DNA from: Azolla caroliniana
Taxonomy: Eukaryota; Plantae; Polypodiophyta
Assembly: GCA_043228905.1 (NCBI GenBank)
Contig: JBHGNT010000003.1
Coordinates: 23,188,001-23,252,000 of the forward strand
Length of the DNA: 64,000 nucleotides
Direction: 5' to 3'
Part shown: positions 11,014 through 22,725 of the stretch, piece after piece
Layout of the letters: every line of letters starts with the position of its first letter
How positions within the stretch are numbered: the first letter of the stretch is position 1
Notes under the pieces: model-generated
What the model saw: the letters and a program-made list of their open reading frames with translations, nothing else
Told to the model about the DNA's origin: nothing
Databases searched by the model: none
Translations under genes and position numbers: made by a program

Positions 11014-13469
11014 TGCACTTCCCCATGAGAATGCGTATCCGGATGTGGATCTACGATCGTGGGCATTTCTGGCCCAATCGGCATCCGTGTAGCCGACTAA
11101 CTGTTCGGCTACACCTGCAAGATACAACAACGCCATGTCTTTCGTACCGCTGACATATCATAATATTCTTTGCGCGCACTGAAGGTGTTCGGTCGTGGGC
11201 TGCGACATAAATTGACTGATCATTCTGACCGGATAGCTGAGGTCGGGCTAAGTGATCGTCAATTAAATGAGGCTTCTTACAATCTGTCGAAACCATGTCT
11301 GGTCGCACGCATTTCCCGAATCTCGACGAAGCTTTACGTTTCTATCTAGAGGGGTTGAGATGGGCTTACAATCTATCATCCCGAACTTGAAGAGCATATT
11401 CAGCACGTAATCACGTTGACTAATCAATATGCCTTCAAGGGAACGGATCACTTCGATCCCGAGGAAGTAATGAAGGTCTCCAAGATCCTTCATTTCGAAT
11501 GATGCCGCAAGCTGAGACTTGATGCGGCCGATTTCATGTAGGTCGGCACTAGCGATGACTAAATCATGAACATAAAGTAAGAGGCTAACCGGTCCATGTT
11601 TACCTTGCCAAACCAATAATGAAGAGTCTAACTTGGACGCCTTCATCTACATTTCACGAAGCCGTGGGAAGTTAACGTGGCCAAACTGCTTGTGCCATAG
11701 GTCGATATCCAATTCGACCTTCTGTCCTTTCGCAAACAACACGGTTCCGGGTTGGTTGGTGTCGAGGATGAACATCCTCCCTTCACGGCGCCCTTGCGCG
11801 ATTACTTTGCCTTCTTCTTCGATGTAGCACCTGAGGTGCATGAATCGAACTTGCATCCCCTAATCGACGATCTGATCGACCGACACCAGGTTCTTGGTTA
11901 TTGTCGAGACGTGCAACACGTTCATGAGTTTCCCTTTCTGCCTGACGTGGCTGAGGGGAACTTCTCCAACATGTTCGATGGTATGCGGAGTGTCATCTCC
12001 CGTTTCGATCACTCCTTGCTTTTCCGGTTTCTCCAAGTATGAGAACCATTCCTCGTGACTCATCATATGATTCGTTGCTCCGGAATCAACATACCACACC
12101 TTGCTCGATTTCAAGGTGTTCACGGCCATCGAATTGGCCTTGCGCGTCATTACGAAGGTTGGGCCCGATCCACTTCTAGCTTATTCAGAGCCCTCGACGT
12201 AGTGCGATTTATGACGCCTTCTTGTGTCTCTTCTACTCGATCTGGCTTTGTCTGAATCAGATCCTTTCTTCCAACATTCCACTGCAACCTTCTCTTGCCG
12301 GCTTCCGGCGCCGCTATGACTCCCCTTGCTTCCAAAGAATTTGAAATTGCTTTTGGCATTTCGATTATGCCACATGTTCTGCTGTTTTCAACCGCCTCTA
12401 TTGCGCACCGATCTGCCTTGTCTGTCACGACCATGGCATCTTGTTATCGCTGTGGGTACTTGTCCATGCACTTGCGTGATTTTCCTCTCTGAGCAACATC
12501 GACTGAAGCTCGAAGAACGAATGCATAATCTCCCTTGTGCAGACTGCCATCTGGAACGCTCCGAACTTTGATGTTAACCCACCATGACACACCTGCACCA
12601 TTTCATTCTCCTCAACATTCACGTTGATAGAGGCGAGAGAGTCGCAGATCTCCTTGATTCGAGCTGTGTAATCGGCCACAAACAGATCTCCTGCCTAAGC
12701 TGCAGCTTCCTGGCCGTTGTGCTAGCGGCTAAAATCCTCTTGAGATTCGCCCACGCTATCGCGGAGTTCCGTGGGTACGTGTAGGATCTTAGGCGGGACC
12801 GCGGGGATTTTTAACTAGGGAGTAGAGGGGGAATGAGAGCTTAAACTTTACGACCTTTGTGTTGGGATTTCGGTCCCTTTCGGATGGGATGGTCGGATAT
12901 CGGAGATGAATGCCGACAAGCCCGGTTTCGGTTTCGGATCCGGATGACGAAGACCCCGGCTTCGGTGCCGGATGACGAATGTACCCGGAGAGCGATCCGG
13001 ATGCAGGGACATATCCGTGAATATGTTCGCTACGAGCCCCCTGAGGCTATAGTTGTAAATAGCCCAAAGTCATATAAGTATAAATATGACTTAGGGCAAA
13101 CAGTTTTTCTGTTGCTTCTCATTTTTCTGTTTTTCCACTTTAGAGGAGTGAAGAGAGAGCAGCCGTGAGAGAGAGAGAGAGAGATAGAGCGCGAGAGAGA
13201 AAGAGGTAGACGCCTCTGTGTATTTCCGCCGCCTGTGGCGAGGACAGCGAGCTCAAGGTCGTCGCCTTGGAGCTCGTCATTGTATACTTCTCTGTATAGT
13301 GTTGTTTGGAGTCTAGTACTCCCGTGGTTTTTCCCGTTTAGGGTTTTCCACGTTAATTCCTGTGTATCGTGTCTTTCTCTGTATTTCCTATTTTCTGCTG
13401 CATTGATCCGCGATTACTCGGTTGTGGCCGAAGGAAGAAGGTGAATTGTAGCATCAATTCTCAACAAAC

Positions 13470-13481
13470 TGGTATCAGAGC
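13470..13481 (+). promoter_or_regulatory. Primer binding site, tRNA-iMet
   Basis: TGGTATCAGAGC, 3 nt after the LTR end. Confidence 0.93.
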
Positions 13482-13495
13482 GACTGTTGCAGAAA

Positions 13496-16400
13496 ATGGA
13501 AGGCGGCGGCAGCGGGCAGCCGATGATGATGGTGCTGAATGCACAGAATTACGCCGACTGGAAGATCAAGATGGAGGATCTTCTGATTGTTCGGGACCTG
13601 TACGAACCGATTGACAGGTCGGAAATACCGAAAGGGGTACTTGAGTCGGAGTGGAAGCTCCTGAACCGGAAAGCCGTAGCGACGATCCGACAATATGTCG
13701 ACGTAAGCGTCCTACAACATGTGGCGAACGACACCAACGCATACGAGATGTGGAAGAAGCTGTCGGGCCTCTATGAGAGGAAGAATGCGTTGAACCGAAC
13801 CTCCCTGATGAGGAAGATAGTGAATCTCAAGTACCGGGACGGCGAGAGTATGGTGGAACACGTAAGCACGTTCATGGGATTCGTGAATCAGCTTGCGGCG
13901 ATCAAGTTCCCGTTGGAGGATGCAATGCAAGCCATCATCCTGATGTGTACATTGCCGGAAAGCTGGGAGAACTTGGTGGTGACTCTCAGCACCTCGTGCA
14001 CCGAAGATAACTTGTCCTTACAAACTGTAAAGACAAGTATTCTGAATGAAGAAGCGCGTCGGAGAGATAAGGAACCGGCCTCCGACCCGAAGATGCTGTT
14101 TACCGAATCGGATCGGGGAAGACAATGGAACCGGAGTCCGCAAAGACGGGAGAAGTCGGGGACCCGGTCGCAGTCAAGAGGAAGGCCCACATGCTTCCAC
14201 TGTGGGAAGCCGGGGCACTTCCGAAAGAATTGTCGGCATTACCGAAAAGACAACGGAGCCGACGACACCGACTCGAAGAAGTCACCGGAGAGAAACGGTG
14301 CATACCGGGGAGCCACGGACCGGAGAGGTTCGGATCGGCGAGGGCAAGACCGGAAAGGAACAACGGCACTCGCGGCAAGTGAGGAAGAAATCATGCTCAT
14401 CACCGAAGAAGGTGAGCTAAACGTTGCCGGCGATGAGACGACCTGGGTGGTCGATTCCGGAGCATCGTTCCACCTGACCCCGGAGAGAAGATACTTCTCA
14501 TCCTACACAGCCGGTGAGCATGGCTGTGTTCGGATGGGAAATGAAGGTACGTGCCGGATTGCCGGCATAGGAGACGTGTGGTTGACAACCCCGACCGGAT
14601 GCAAAATGCTGCTGAAAGATGTCCGACACGTTCCGGAGGTCCGATTGAACCTGATTTCGGCCGGGAGGCTAGATGATGAAGGCTACACGGGTAGCATCCG
14701 GAATGGTGTCATGAAGTTCAGCAAGGGGAGCTTGATAGTGGTTCGGGCCCGGAAGGTCAACACACTGTACCTGATGAATGCCCGGTTATGTCCGGAAGAG
14801 CTGAATGTGGCAGCCGACACTGCCGGTGAGCTGTGGCACAAAAGACTGTGCCACATGAGTGAGAAGGGGATGAAGAGGCTTGCAAAAGACAACCTCATCC
14901 CAGTGAAGCACGTGCACCTGGAGAAGTGCACCGATTGCCTGGCCGGTAAGCAGAACCGAACCTCCTTCCACTCAAGGCCACCGACGAGACGTAGCGCACC
15001 ATTGGAGTTGGTGCACACTGACGTGTGTCAGGTAGAGACGAAGTCACATGGCGGAGCCCAGTACTTCGTAACATTCATCGATGATCATAGCCGAAAACTG
15101 TGGACGGCACCGTTGAAGACAAAGGACCAAGTGTTGTCCGTCTTCAAAGAACTCCACGCGAGAGTGGAAAGGGAATCCGGCAAGAAGCTGAAAGCGATAC
15201 GAGCGGATAACGGAGGGGAATACCGGGGGCAGTTCCAGGAGTACTGTCGCTCGAAGGGAATCCGGCTCGAGTTTATTGTGCCGAAGACGCCGGAACTGAA
15301 CGGGCTGGCCGAGAGGATGAACCGGACCATAATGGAGCGGGTCCGGAGTATGCTGGCGCATGCGAAATTACCCAAGGGGTTTTGGGCTGAGGCAATGTCG
15401 ACGGCGACATATGTGATAAACAGATCACCCTCAGTTCCTTTGGACGGAGACACGCCGCAGAGAGTGTGGACCGGTAAGGAAGTGTCCTACCGGCATCTGA
15501 AGGTGTTCGGGTGTCTCGCATACGTGCATGTGGCAAAGGACCGGAGAGGAAAGCTAGATCCGAAGACCCGGCCATGCATATTCCTCGGTTACGGCGACGA
15601 CGAGTTCGGCTACCGAGTATGGGACCCGGTCGACAAGAAGATATTCAGGAGTCGAGACATCATCTTCATGGAGGACAAGACACTCGCCGACTGGGAGTCG
15701 GAGAAGAAGATGAAGAGCTCCAAGTCGATCGGTGAGGATCAACTCTACGAGGAGCAGTCCCGACCGGCAAGGGACCGGTTAACACTCGAGGATCCGGCCG
15801 AAGACGGTGAAGAAACAGAACCGGCCGAAGAAGATGAAAATGATACTGGAACCGGCCCCGATCCCGAAATGGATTCGGATGAAGAAGAAGAATCGGAAGA
15901 ACCGGTTACCGAAGCTCCGGAACGGAGATACCCTCTAAGAGAGAGAAGGGCCCCCCGGAGATTTCCGGAACCAGAGCACGTGTTGCTAACCGACGAGGGG
16001 GAGCCGGAGAGCTTTGAAGAAGCAAAGCATGACACCCAGAGCCGCAGGTGGTTGAGTGCCATGCAGGACGAGATGGATTCCCTGCATGAGAACCACACAT
16101 ATGAACTTGTGGAGTTGCCGAAAGGAAAGCGGGCACTGCGAAACAAGTGGGTGTTCAAGCTGAAACCGGGAGATGCCGGAAACCCCCCGAGATACAAAGC
16201 CAGGATCGTGGTGAAGGGGTTTCAGCAGAAGAAGGGCGTCGACTTCGACGAGATATTTGCCCCGGTAGTGAAGATGACCTCCATCCGGACGGTGCTGAGC
16301 ATAGCGGCAAGCATGGACCTCGAGGTAGAACAGATGGACGTGAAGACGGCATTCCTTCACGGTGACCTCGATGAAGAGATCTACATGCAGCAACCGGAAG

Positions 16401-17572
16401 GATTCGAGAAGAAAGGGAAGGAGCACCTGGCATGCCGATTGAAGAAGAGCCTTTACGGACTGAAGCAGGCTCCCCGGCAATGGTACCGGAAGTTCGACTC
16501 CTTCATGACCGACGAAGGGTACCTCAAAACGCAGTCCGACCACTGCGTGTTTGTGAAGGAGTTCGAAGGAGGAGACTCTCTAATACTCCTCCTGTACGTG
16601 GACGACATGTTGATCGTCGGACGGGACCAGGTCAAGATACGGATGCTGAAGAAGGCTCTTCACCGAACCTTCTCAATGAAGGACCTGGGTCCGGCGAGGC
16701 AAATACTAGGGATGCACATCATCCGGGACCGGAAGAAGAAGCAGTTGTGGCTGTCACAGGAGAAGTACGTGACAAAGGTGCTTCAACGGTTCAACATGTC
16801 GGAAGCAAGACCGGTCGGATCGACCCTCCCGGCAAACTGCAAGCTGACCAGCAAGCAAAGTCCCAAGACAAAGGCTGAAAAGGAGGATATGATGGAAGTG
16901 CCGTATGCCTCAGCCGTCGGGAGCTTGATGTACGCCATGGTGTGTACGAGACCGGACATAGGATATGCAGTCGGAGTGGTGAGCCGGTACATGAGCAATC
17001 CCGGCAAAGAGCACTGGAACGCGGTCAAGTGGATACTCCGATACCTGAAGGGCACGGCAAACGTGTGCCTCCGATTCGGCTCCGGTAAGCCCGAACTCGA
17101 AGGCTTTACTGATTCTGATATGTCGGCTGATGCAGATACCAGCCGGTCCACATCAGGGTATGTGATGACGTATGCAGGGGGAGCTGTTTCGTGGCAGTCG
17201 AGGCTGCAGAAGACGGTTGCGTTGTCAACCACGGAGGCGGAGTACATGGCGGCTGTTGAAGCCGGCAAGGAAATAATATGGATGAAGGACTTCATTAGAG
17301 AGCTCGGTATCCGGCAAGAGGAGTACCGACTCTACTGCGACAGTCAGAGTGCCATCCACCTTGCGAAGAACGCAGCCTATCACTCCCGGACGAAGCACAT
17401 CCAGCGAAGATATCACTGGATCCGGGAAAGGATAGAAGACAAGGAGTTCGTGCTGACGAAGATCCACACCGACGAGAACGGGTCGGATATGCTGACCAAG
17501 GTGCTCACACCCGACAAGCTGGAAGCATGCCGCAAGAGGATCGGATTGGAAAGACATCCCATGCCGAAGTGA
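13496..17572 (+). CDS. Copia Gag-Pol polyprotein (Gag, CCHC knuckle, protease, integrase, RT, RNase H)
   Basis: Motifs CFHCGKPGHFRKNC, WVVDSGAS, LWHKRLCH...CTDC, HTDV/ADNGGEY/AER, YVDDML and DSD...TEAEY...DSQSA; ATG at 13496. Confidence 0.96.
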   Translation: MEGGGSGQPMMMVLNAQNYADWKIKMEDLLIVRDLYEPIDRSEIPKGVLESEWKLLNRKAVATIRQYVDVSVLQHVANDTNAYEMWKKLSGLYERKNALNRTSLMRKIVNLKYRDGESMVEHVSTFMGFVNQLAAIKFPLEDAMQAIILMCTLPESWENLVVTLSTSCTEDNLSLQTVKTSILNEEARRRDKEPASDPKMLFTESDRGRQWNRSPQRREKSGTRSQSRGRPTCFHCGKPGHFRKNCRHYRKDNGADDTDSKKSPERNGAYRGATDRRGSDRRGQDRKGTTALAASEEEIMLITEEGELNVAGDETTWVVDSGASFHLTPERRYFSSYTAGEHGCVRMGNEGTCRIAGIGDVWLTTPTGCKMLLKDVRHVPEVRLNLISAGRLDDEGYTGSIRNGVMKFSKGSLIVVRARKVNTLYLMNARLCPEELNVAADTAGELWHKRLCHMSEKGMKRLAKDNLIPVKHVHLEKCTDCLAGKQNRTSFHSRPPTRRSAPLELVHTDVCQVETKSHGGAQYFVTFIDDHSRKLWTAPLKTKDQVLSVFKELHARVERESGKKLKAIRADNGGEYRGQFQEYCRSKGIRLEFIVPKTPELNGLAERMNRTIMERVRSMLAHAKLPKGFWAEAMSTATYVINRSPSVPLDGDTPQRVWTGKEVSYRHLKVFGCLAYVHVAKDRRGKLDPKTRPCIFLGYGDDEFGYRVWDPVDKKIFRSRDIIFMEDKTLADWESEKKMKSSKSIGEDQLYEEQSRPARDRLTLEDPAEDGEETEPAEEDENDTGTGPDPEMDSDEEEESEEPVTEAPERRYPLRERRAPRRFPEPEHVLLTDEGEPESFEEAKHDTQSRRWLSAMQDEMDSLHENHTYELVELPKGKRALRNKWVFKLKPGDAGNPPRYKARIVVKGFQQKKGVDFDEIFAPVVKMTSIRTVLSIAASMDLEVEQMDVKTAFLHGDLDEEIYMQQPEGFEKKGKEHLACRLKKSLYGLKQAPRQWYRKFDSFMTDEGYLKTQSDHCVFVKEFEGGDSLILLLYVDDMLIVGRDQVKIRMLKKALHRTFSMKDLGPARQILGMHIIRDRKKKQLWLSQEKYVTKVLQRFNMSEARPVGSTLPANCKLTSKQSPKTKAEKEDMMEVPYASAVGSLMYAMVCTRPDIGYAVGVVSRYMSNPGKEHWNAVKWILRYLKGTANVCLRFGSGKPELEGFTDSDMSADADTSRSTSGYVMTYAGGAVSWQSRLQKTVALSTTEAEYMAAVEAGKEIIWMKDFIRELGIRQEEYRLYCDSQSAIHLAKNAAYHSRTKHIQRRYHWIRERIEDKEFVLTKIHTDENGSDMLTKVLTPDKLEACRKRIGLERHPMPK

Positions 17573-18417
17573 AGGGGGAGTTTGTTGGGATTTCGGTCCC
17601 TTTCGGATGGGATGGTCGGATATCGGAGATGAATGCCGACAAGCCCGGTTTCGGTTTCGGATCCGGATGACGAAGACCCCGGCTTCGGTGCCGGATGACG
17701 AATGTACCCGGAGAGCGATCCGGATGCAGGGACATATCCGTGAATATGTTCGCTACGAGCCCCCTGAGGCTATAGTTGTAAATAGCCCAAAGTCATATAA
17801 GTATAAATATGACTTAGGGCAAACAGTTTTTCTGTTGCTTCTCATTTTTCTGTTTTTCCACTTTAGAGGAGTGAAGAGAGAGCAGCCGTGAGAGAGAGAG
17901 AGAGAGATAGAGCGCGAGAGAGAAAGAGGTAGACGCCTCTGTGTATTTCCGCCGCCTGTGGCGAGGACAGCGAGCTCAAGGTCGTCGCCTTGGAGCTCGT
18001 CATTGTATACTTCTCTGTATAGTGTTGTTTGGAGTCTAGTACTCCCGTGGTTTTTCCCGTTTAGGGTTTTCCACGTTAATTCCTGTGTATCGTGTCTTTC
18101 TCTGTATTTCCTATTTTCTGCTGCATTGATCCGCGATTACTCGGTTGTGGCCGAAGGAAGAAGGTGAATTGTAGCATCAATTCTCAACACTTTGAGCTCA
18201 AGAGGAAGGGAGAAAGAATAAGAGGTTAGCATGATAGAAAAAATAGAGACAACATACATCAACAAACTATATTAAGAATCCACTATACGATTACAACCAT
18301 GGCTGCATAGGCCAAATCAAAACCCTAGAAGAAACCCTAACTGGATAGGTAAAGAAGAAGAAGAATGAAACCCTATGCGAAACCCTAAACCGAAACCCTC
18401 AAAATGGTGACTCCCGA

Positions 18418-19492
18418 TGTTGTGTGGTTTTTCACACACAATATTAAAACTATGTAAAAATAATAATAATGAAATAATTATTTTAGATTAGATTAGTGGC
18501 TTGTTATAGAGAAAATAGAACTATGATTTATCCCATATAGATAGGAAACTTAAGGCCCTTGCTATATAAGCACATTGAGATCCCTCATTTTTCATTTGTG
18601 CTAAGAGCATTTTGGCCACTTTGTCTAGATGGATGAATGTGGCCAAATTCCCAAAACCGAGTGGCAATAAAATGGAACCGCCTAGTAAGCAAACCGGAAC
18701 CGGCCGGAAAGCAAACCGGAACCGGCCAGTAAGCAAATCGGAACCGGCGACCGGACGGGCTGTACGTGGACCGGACGGATTGGATGGGTGGCGATCGAGA
18801 CGGATAGATGATAGGATCATGTGGCTAATTAAAGTGACGTAAAGAAAACTAAAGTAAAGGTCATGTGGACGGTCGCATGCAACTAAAAGAAAAAAGCCAT
18901 GCAACTAAAAGAAAAAGCCATGCAACTAAAATGGATGCAGCTAAAAGTAGAGGCCATGCAACTAAAAGTGGACATGCAAAGTAACATTGAAGGCTATGAT
19001 CAATGGAGAACTCCATATAAAATTCCATTTTTTTTTCCTACAAAAGGATTCTCTCTCTCAATTTTTATTTTCTTTTCCTTCTTAGCTCCCTTATCTTATC
19101 GTAGCCATATCTCTCATAAACCCTAATTTTCCCTACGGAAGTCATAACACTCAAAAACCCTAATTTTCCCTACGGAAGCCATATCTCTCATATAACCTAA
19201 TTCTAATTTTCCCTACGGAAGCCATAACACTAAAAAGCCCTAATTTTCCCTACGAACGCCATATCTCTCAAAAACCCGTAATTTTTCTTTTCTATTAAAC
19301 TTAGTAAACCTAAACTTCTGAATCCCAATCTTGGGACATATTGTAATTTCTTTTCCTTTGCTAATGAAAAATTATTAAATTTCTTCTTTCCATTAATTGT
19401 TAAAAATATAAACGCACGAATGTGATGTCCTCTGATCGGAGGCCCTTGGGTCCTGCCTCAAGTTCACGTATCCTCGTTGTATTATCGTGACA
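18418..19492 (+). mobile_element. Gypsy-clade solo LTR (1075 bp) with internal tandem repeats
   Basis: TGTTG...TGACA termini; perfect 4-bp TSD CCGA (18414-18417 / 19493-19496); 3' end GGGTCCTGCCTC...CGTGACA resembles other clade LTRs; repeat blocks AAACCGGAACCGG, CATGCAACTAAAAG and CCCTAATTTTCCCTACGGAAG. Confidence 0.8.
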
Positions 19493-20365
19493 CCGAAAGA
19501 AAACTCCAAAAAAGTGGAAGCCCCTCAAAAGTGACCCCTCACTCCGTTTTATAGTAGTAAGGGGTGAGGCACATTACATAAAGAGGAGTCAAATCCCCTT
19601 TCCTTTAATGCAGAATATATCCCATGATCTTAGATCGGTGGGCCTTTAACTCTCTCCCCTCATGCTTTCATTGCTATTGTCCATCATATTTGTACCCCCA
19701 CGTACTCCCCTTTCCTACGTGCCCAAGTGCACACAAGTCCACATCATCATACTTACACTCAACTAATTTTCGTAGAACACCTTACACTTTACATTTGCTT
19801 AATTACTCCTAGGTTACAAATTTAATAAGTATATGTGCTACATTGCACATCTCATTTTATTCGTTTCGCTCGAGTTTTCTCACTATGGCCGAAAATCCTC
19901 ACAACAACCCGTCCTTTGGCGTGTTAGCATCCCGAATATAGCTCAAGAGTTGGTCGCTCACACAGGACGTGAAGTAGTAAAGAACTCTACTTGCCGCTTA
20001 TTACCAAGCGGAAAAGTCTTTGTGTGTCGATTCGGGTGTTGTATCGTTAGCTCCTTCGGCATAACTCTAGTAACCATGACGAAGCAGGTACTACTGCATC
20101 TTGTATGACCAAGATGCGTAGTTGTTCCTGTCAAGCTTTTGAGTCCGTAGCGAGCTTCCCAATCCTCTATCGATATTGTTGTCTTATCCTTTCCGAAGGC
20201 AATAACTTAACTTTGTCTTTATTGCAAGCTTTTATGTCGGTTACAGAGGAGTCTCAACCCTTGCGCTCTGATACCATGTAAAAGAATAGGTGTGCGGAAG
20301 CGTATGCGTAAGAACACAGAGTACACGGTTCGGATGTATGACAGTTCGGTGAAACACGGAAATCA

Positions 20366-20411
<46 letters not shown>

Positions 20412-20739
20412 AGAAAATACGAAACTATATTCAAAATAATTCTCTATAATATGTTCTTTGTACATATTTCGTGCTCAGTGAGCACCTTTTATACAAGCCC
20501 CAACTATTGGGCTGACACAAGTACTGATAGTACTTAGCCACTCATAAATGAGCATCGTACACTAACTCCCAAAACTATTCCTTACAAGGAATAACAATCT
20601 AATGGCCTTTCGGTTTAAACACCGCCACAACCATATTTTGCATACGGTTTTACGCACCCAGTCTATGTACTGGGTTAAGCACTCGTTTACGCACCCAATG
20701 TTCAGCTTGTCTCTCAATAGGAGCACTGAATGACGAGGG

Positions 20740-21544
20740 TGATTTGGGCTGAACTGTGTGGATGATTTCCTCGGATCCGATTTTGGGTCACGGCTTGATC
20801 TGCCATGGCGCACGCCTCGGTTGGGACAGGTGCGTGCACGGACATGTCAGGGACGTGCACATACGAAGGCGTGCACAACTCGGTCTGGAATGTGTGTGTA
20901 TAGTTTGGTGGAGGCGTGCACAACTTAGTCGGGGATGAGCGCGCACGGTTTGGTGTATGCGCGCACGGCTCAGTCACGAAGCATGGCTCAGTCGAAACGC
21001 GCACGCGTGCATGTTTGGTCGCGACGATTGTACGGATTGTGCATGAGCCAAATTTTATGGATGATTGGATCATATGGCCAAATATACGGACATCACATGC
21101 AACTAAAAGTTGAGGTTATGCAACCAAAAGTGGATACATGCAACTAAAGTAAAGGTCATGTGTGGACGCATGCAACTGAATATCAAGGGCCATGATCAAC
21201 AAAGGACTCCATATATATTCCACTCTCTTTTTTCTCCATTTTTTTCCCTCTACTCTCGATTCTTTAGGAAAACATCTCTCATATTTATATCGAACCACTC
21301 CTTCTAGGGTGGCCTAATCCTTTCTTTCAAAATTATCTCTCATTTTCATATCCAATCCGTTGTAACACGATTGTTATATTATAAAAGAATCTATTATTTT
21401 GATATAAACAAATGTTTTCTTTTACCTATGTGTCTTAGGTGTAAATCTTGCTTGTGTTGTATAGGTGAGCTCCAAATCCTTCTAGTCCATAACCTCGACG
21501 GTTCCGCCTCACCATCCGCACATACTGACGGATTTTTCACAACA
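20740..21544 (+). mobile_element. Truncated Gypsy-clade LTR related to 18418-19492
   Basis: Shares the CATGCAACTAAAAG block and the GACTCCATATA TATA context; ends GGTTCCGCCTC...CACAACA followed by ACGT; the start is approximate. Confidence 0.65.
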
Positions 21545-21639
21545 ACGTTGGCAGCTATCTCCTGATCAGTTGCAGCATCATCAGCACCGGACACCTCATG
21601 TGCCAGCCTTAATCCATAAGATTCTACAACAACATGGTC

Positions 21640-22725
21640 GCTAATTAGCTACTAAGCTACACCTGAGCTAACTAGCTATTCTTCTAGACTATGACACTAG
21701 CTAATTAGGTACCTCTGAGCTAATTAGCTACTTCACTTAGTTATGGTACTCGCTAATTAGCTACTCTTTGTCAATATGGTAGCAACTAATTAGCTACTCT
21801 ACTAAAGTATGGTAGTAGCTAATTAGCTACTTAGCTAAAGTATGCTACTAGCTAATTAGCTACTATAACTAAAGTATGGTAGTAGCTAATTAGCAACCAC
21901 TTAGCTAATTAGCTACTATAACTAAAGTATGGTAGTAGCTAATTAGCAACCACTTAGCTAATTAGCTACTATACTAAACTATGGTAGTAGCTAATTAGCT
22001 ATTGTACTAAACTATGCTAGTAGCTAATTAGCTACCATTTAGCTAATAATCTATTGTATTAAACTATGGTAGTAGCTAATTAGTTGCCACTTAGCTAATT
22101 AGCTACTTAGCTAAAGGATGGTAGTAGCTAATTAGCTACCACTTAGCTAATTAGCTATTGTACTAAACTAGGGTAGTAGTTAATTAGCTACCATTTAGCT
22201 AATAAGCTACTATATTAAACTATGGTAGTAGCTAATTAGCTACCACTCAGCTAATTAGCTACTGTATTAAACTATGGTAGTAGCTAATTAGCTACTAAGC
22301 TAAAGTATGGTAGTAGCTCATTAGCTACCGCTTAGCTAATCAGTTACTGTACTAAACTATGGTAGTAGCAAATTAGCTACCACTTAGCTAATTAGCAATT
22401 GTACTAAACTATGGTAGTAGCTAATTAGCTACCATTTAGCTAATTAGTTACTCAACTAAACTATGGTAGTAGCTAACTAGCTACTCAGGTAAAGAGTATG
22501 GTAGTAGATAATTAGCTACCACTTAGCTAATTAGTTACTCAACTAAACTATGGTAGTAGCTAATTAGCTACTCAGCTAAAGTATGGTAGTAGCTAATTAG
22601 ATACCACTTAGCTAATTAACTACATGTTAGCTATTTAGCTACTACACTACAACCATAACAACTAAATAGTTCCTACATTGTATACGGCTTACCTAATTAA
22701 CAAAGATGTAACTAATTAGCTACAT
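21640..22725. repeat. Palindromic minisatellite built on TAGCTAATTAGCTA
   Basis: Dozens of AGCTAATTAGCT cores in alternating units such as ACTAAACTATGGTAGTAGCTAATTAGCTACCACTTAGCTAATTAGCTA; the same core recurs near 29695-29708. Confidence 0.92.

Larger units (their letters stand above)
12860..18189 (+). mobile_element. Intact Ty1/Copia LTR retrotransposon (5330 bp, Tnt1/Tork-like)
   Basis: 607-bp LTRs at 12860-13466 and 17583-18189 with no differences seen by eye; perfect TSD CTTTG; PBS-Met 13470-13481; PPT GAAGGGGGAG 17571-17580; single ORF. Confidence 0.97.
12757..19906 (-). mobile_element. Gypsy-clade solo LTR (~736 bp net) interrupted by two younger insertions
   Basis: Termini match the clade LTR start (TGTTGTGAGGATTTTCGGCCATAGTGAGAAAAC) and end (GGTCCCGCCT...CCGCGATA); 4-bp TSD ACGC 12753-12756 / ACCC 19907-19910; removal restores the host gag PKDAWANL. 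Confidence 0.78.
11014..20700 (-). mobile_element. Degenerate Ty1/Copia element of a second lineage, split by nested insertions (pieces 11014-12756 and 19907-~20700)
   Basis: LTR edge at 20277 with adjacent PBS-Met TGGTATCAGAGC (20265-20276). The gag N-terminus KLDRNNYASWSYKM...NTPKD joins AWANLKR at 12756. Protease WYVDSGATNHM, GAG-pre-integrase and RT YVHDLVI are present with large internal deletions; the outer LTR boundary is approximate. Confidence 0.82.

Noticed and set aside
13549-17557. Many antisense and alternate-frame ORFs inside the Copia elements (also at 45255-46511 and 56266-60357)
   Set aside because: They are shadows of a GC-rich polyprotein frame with no recognisable domains.
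18320-18400. Telomeric repeats (AAACCCTA-like; also near 35880 and 55025)
   Set aside because: These are scattered telo-box-like motifs inside LTRs, not a tandem array.
21640-22725. CRISPR-like array
   Set aside because: There are no unique spacers and no cas genes, and the context is eukaryotic; it is a minisatellite.
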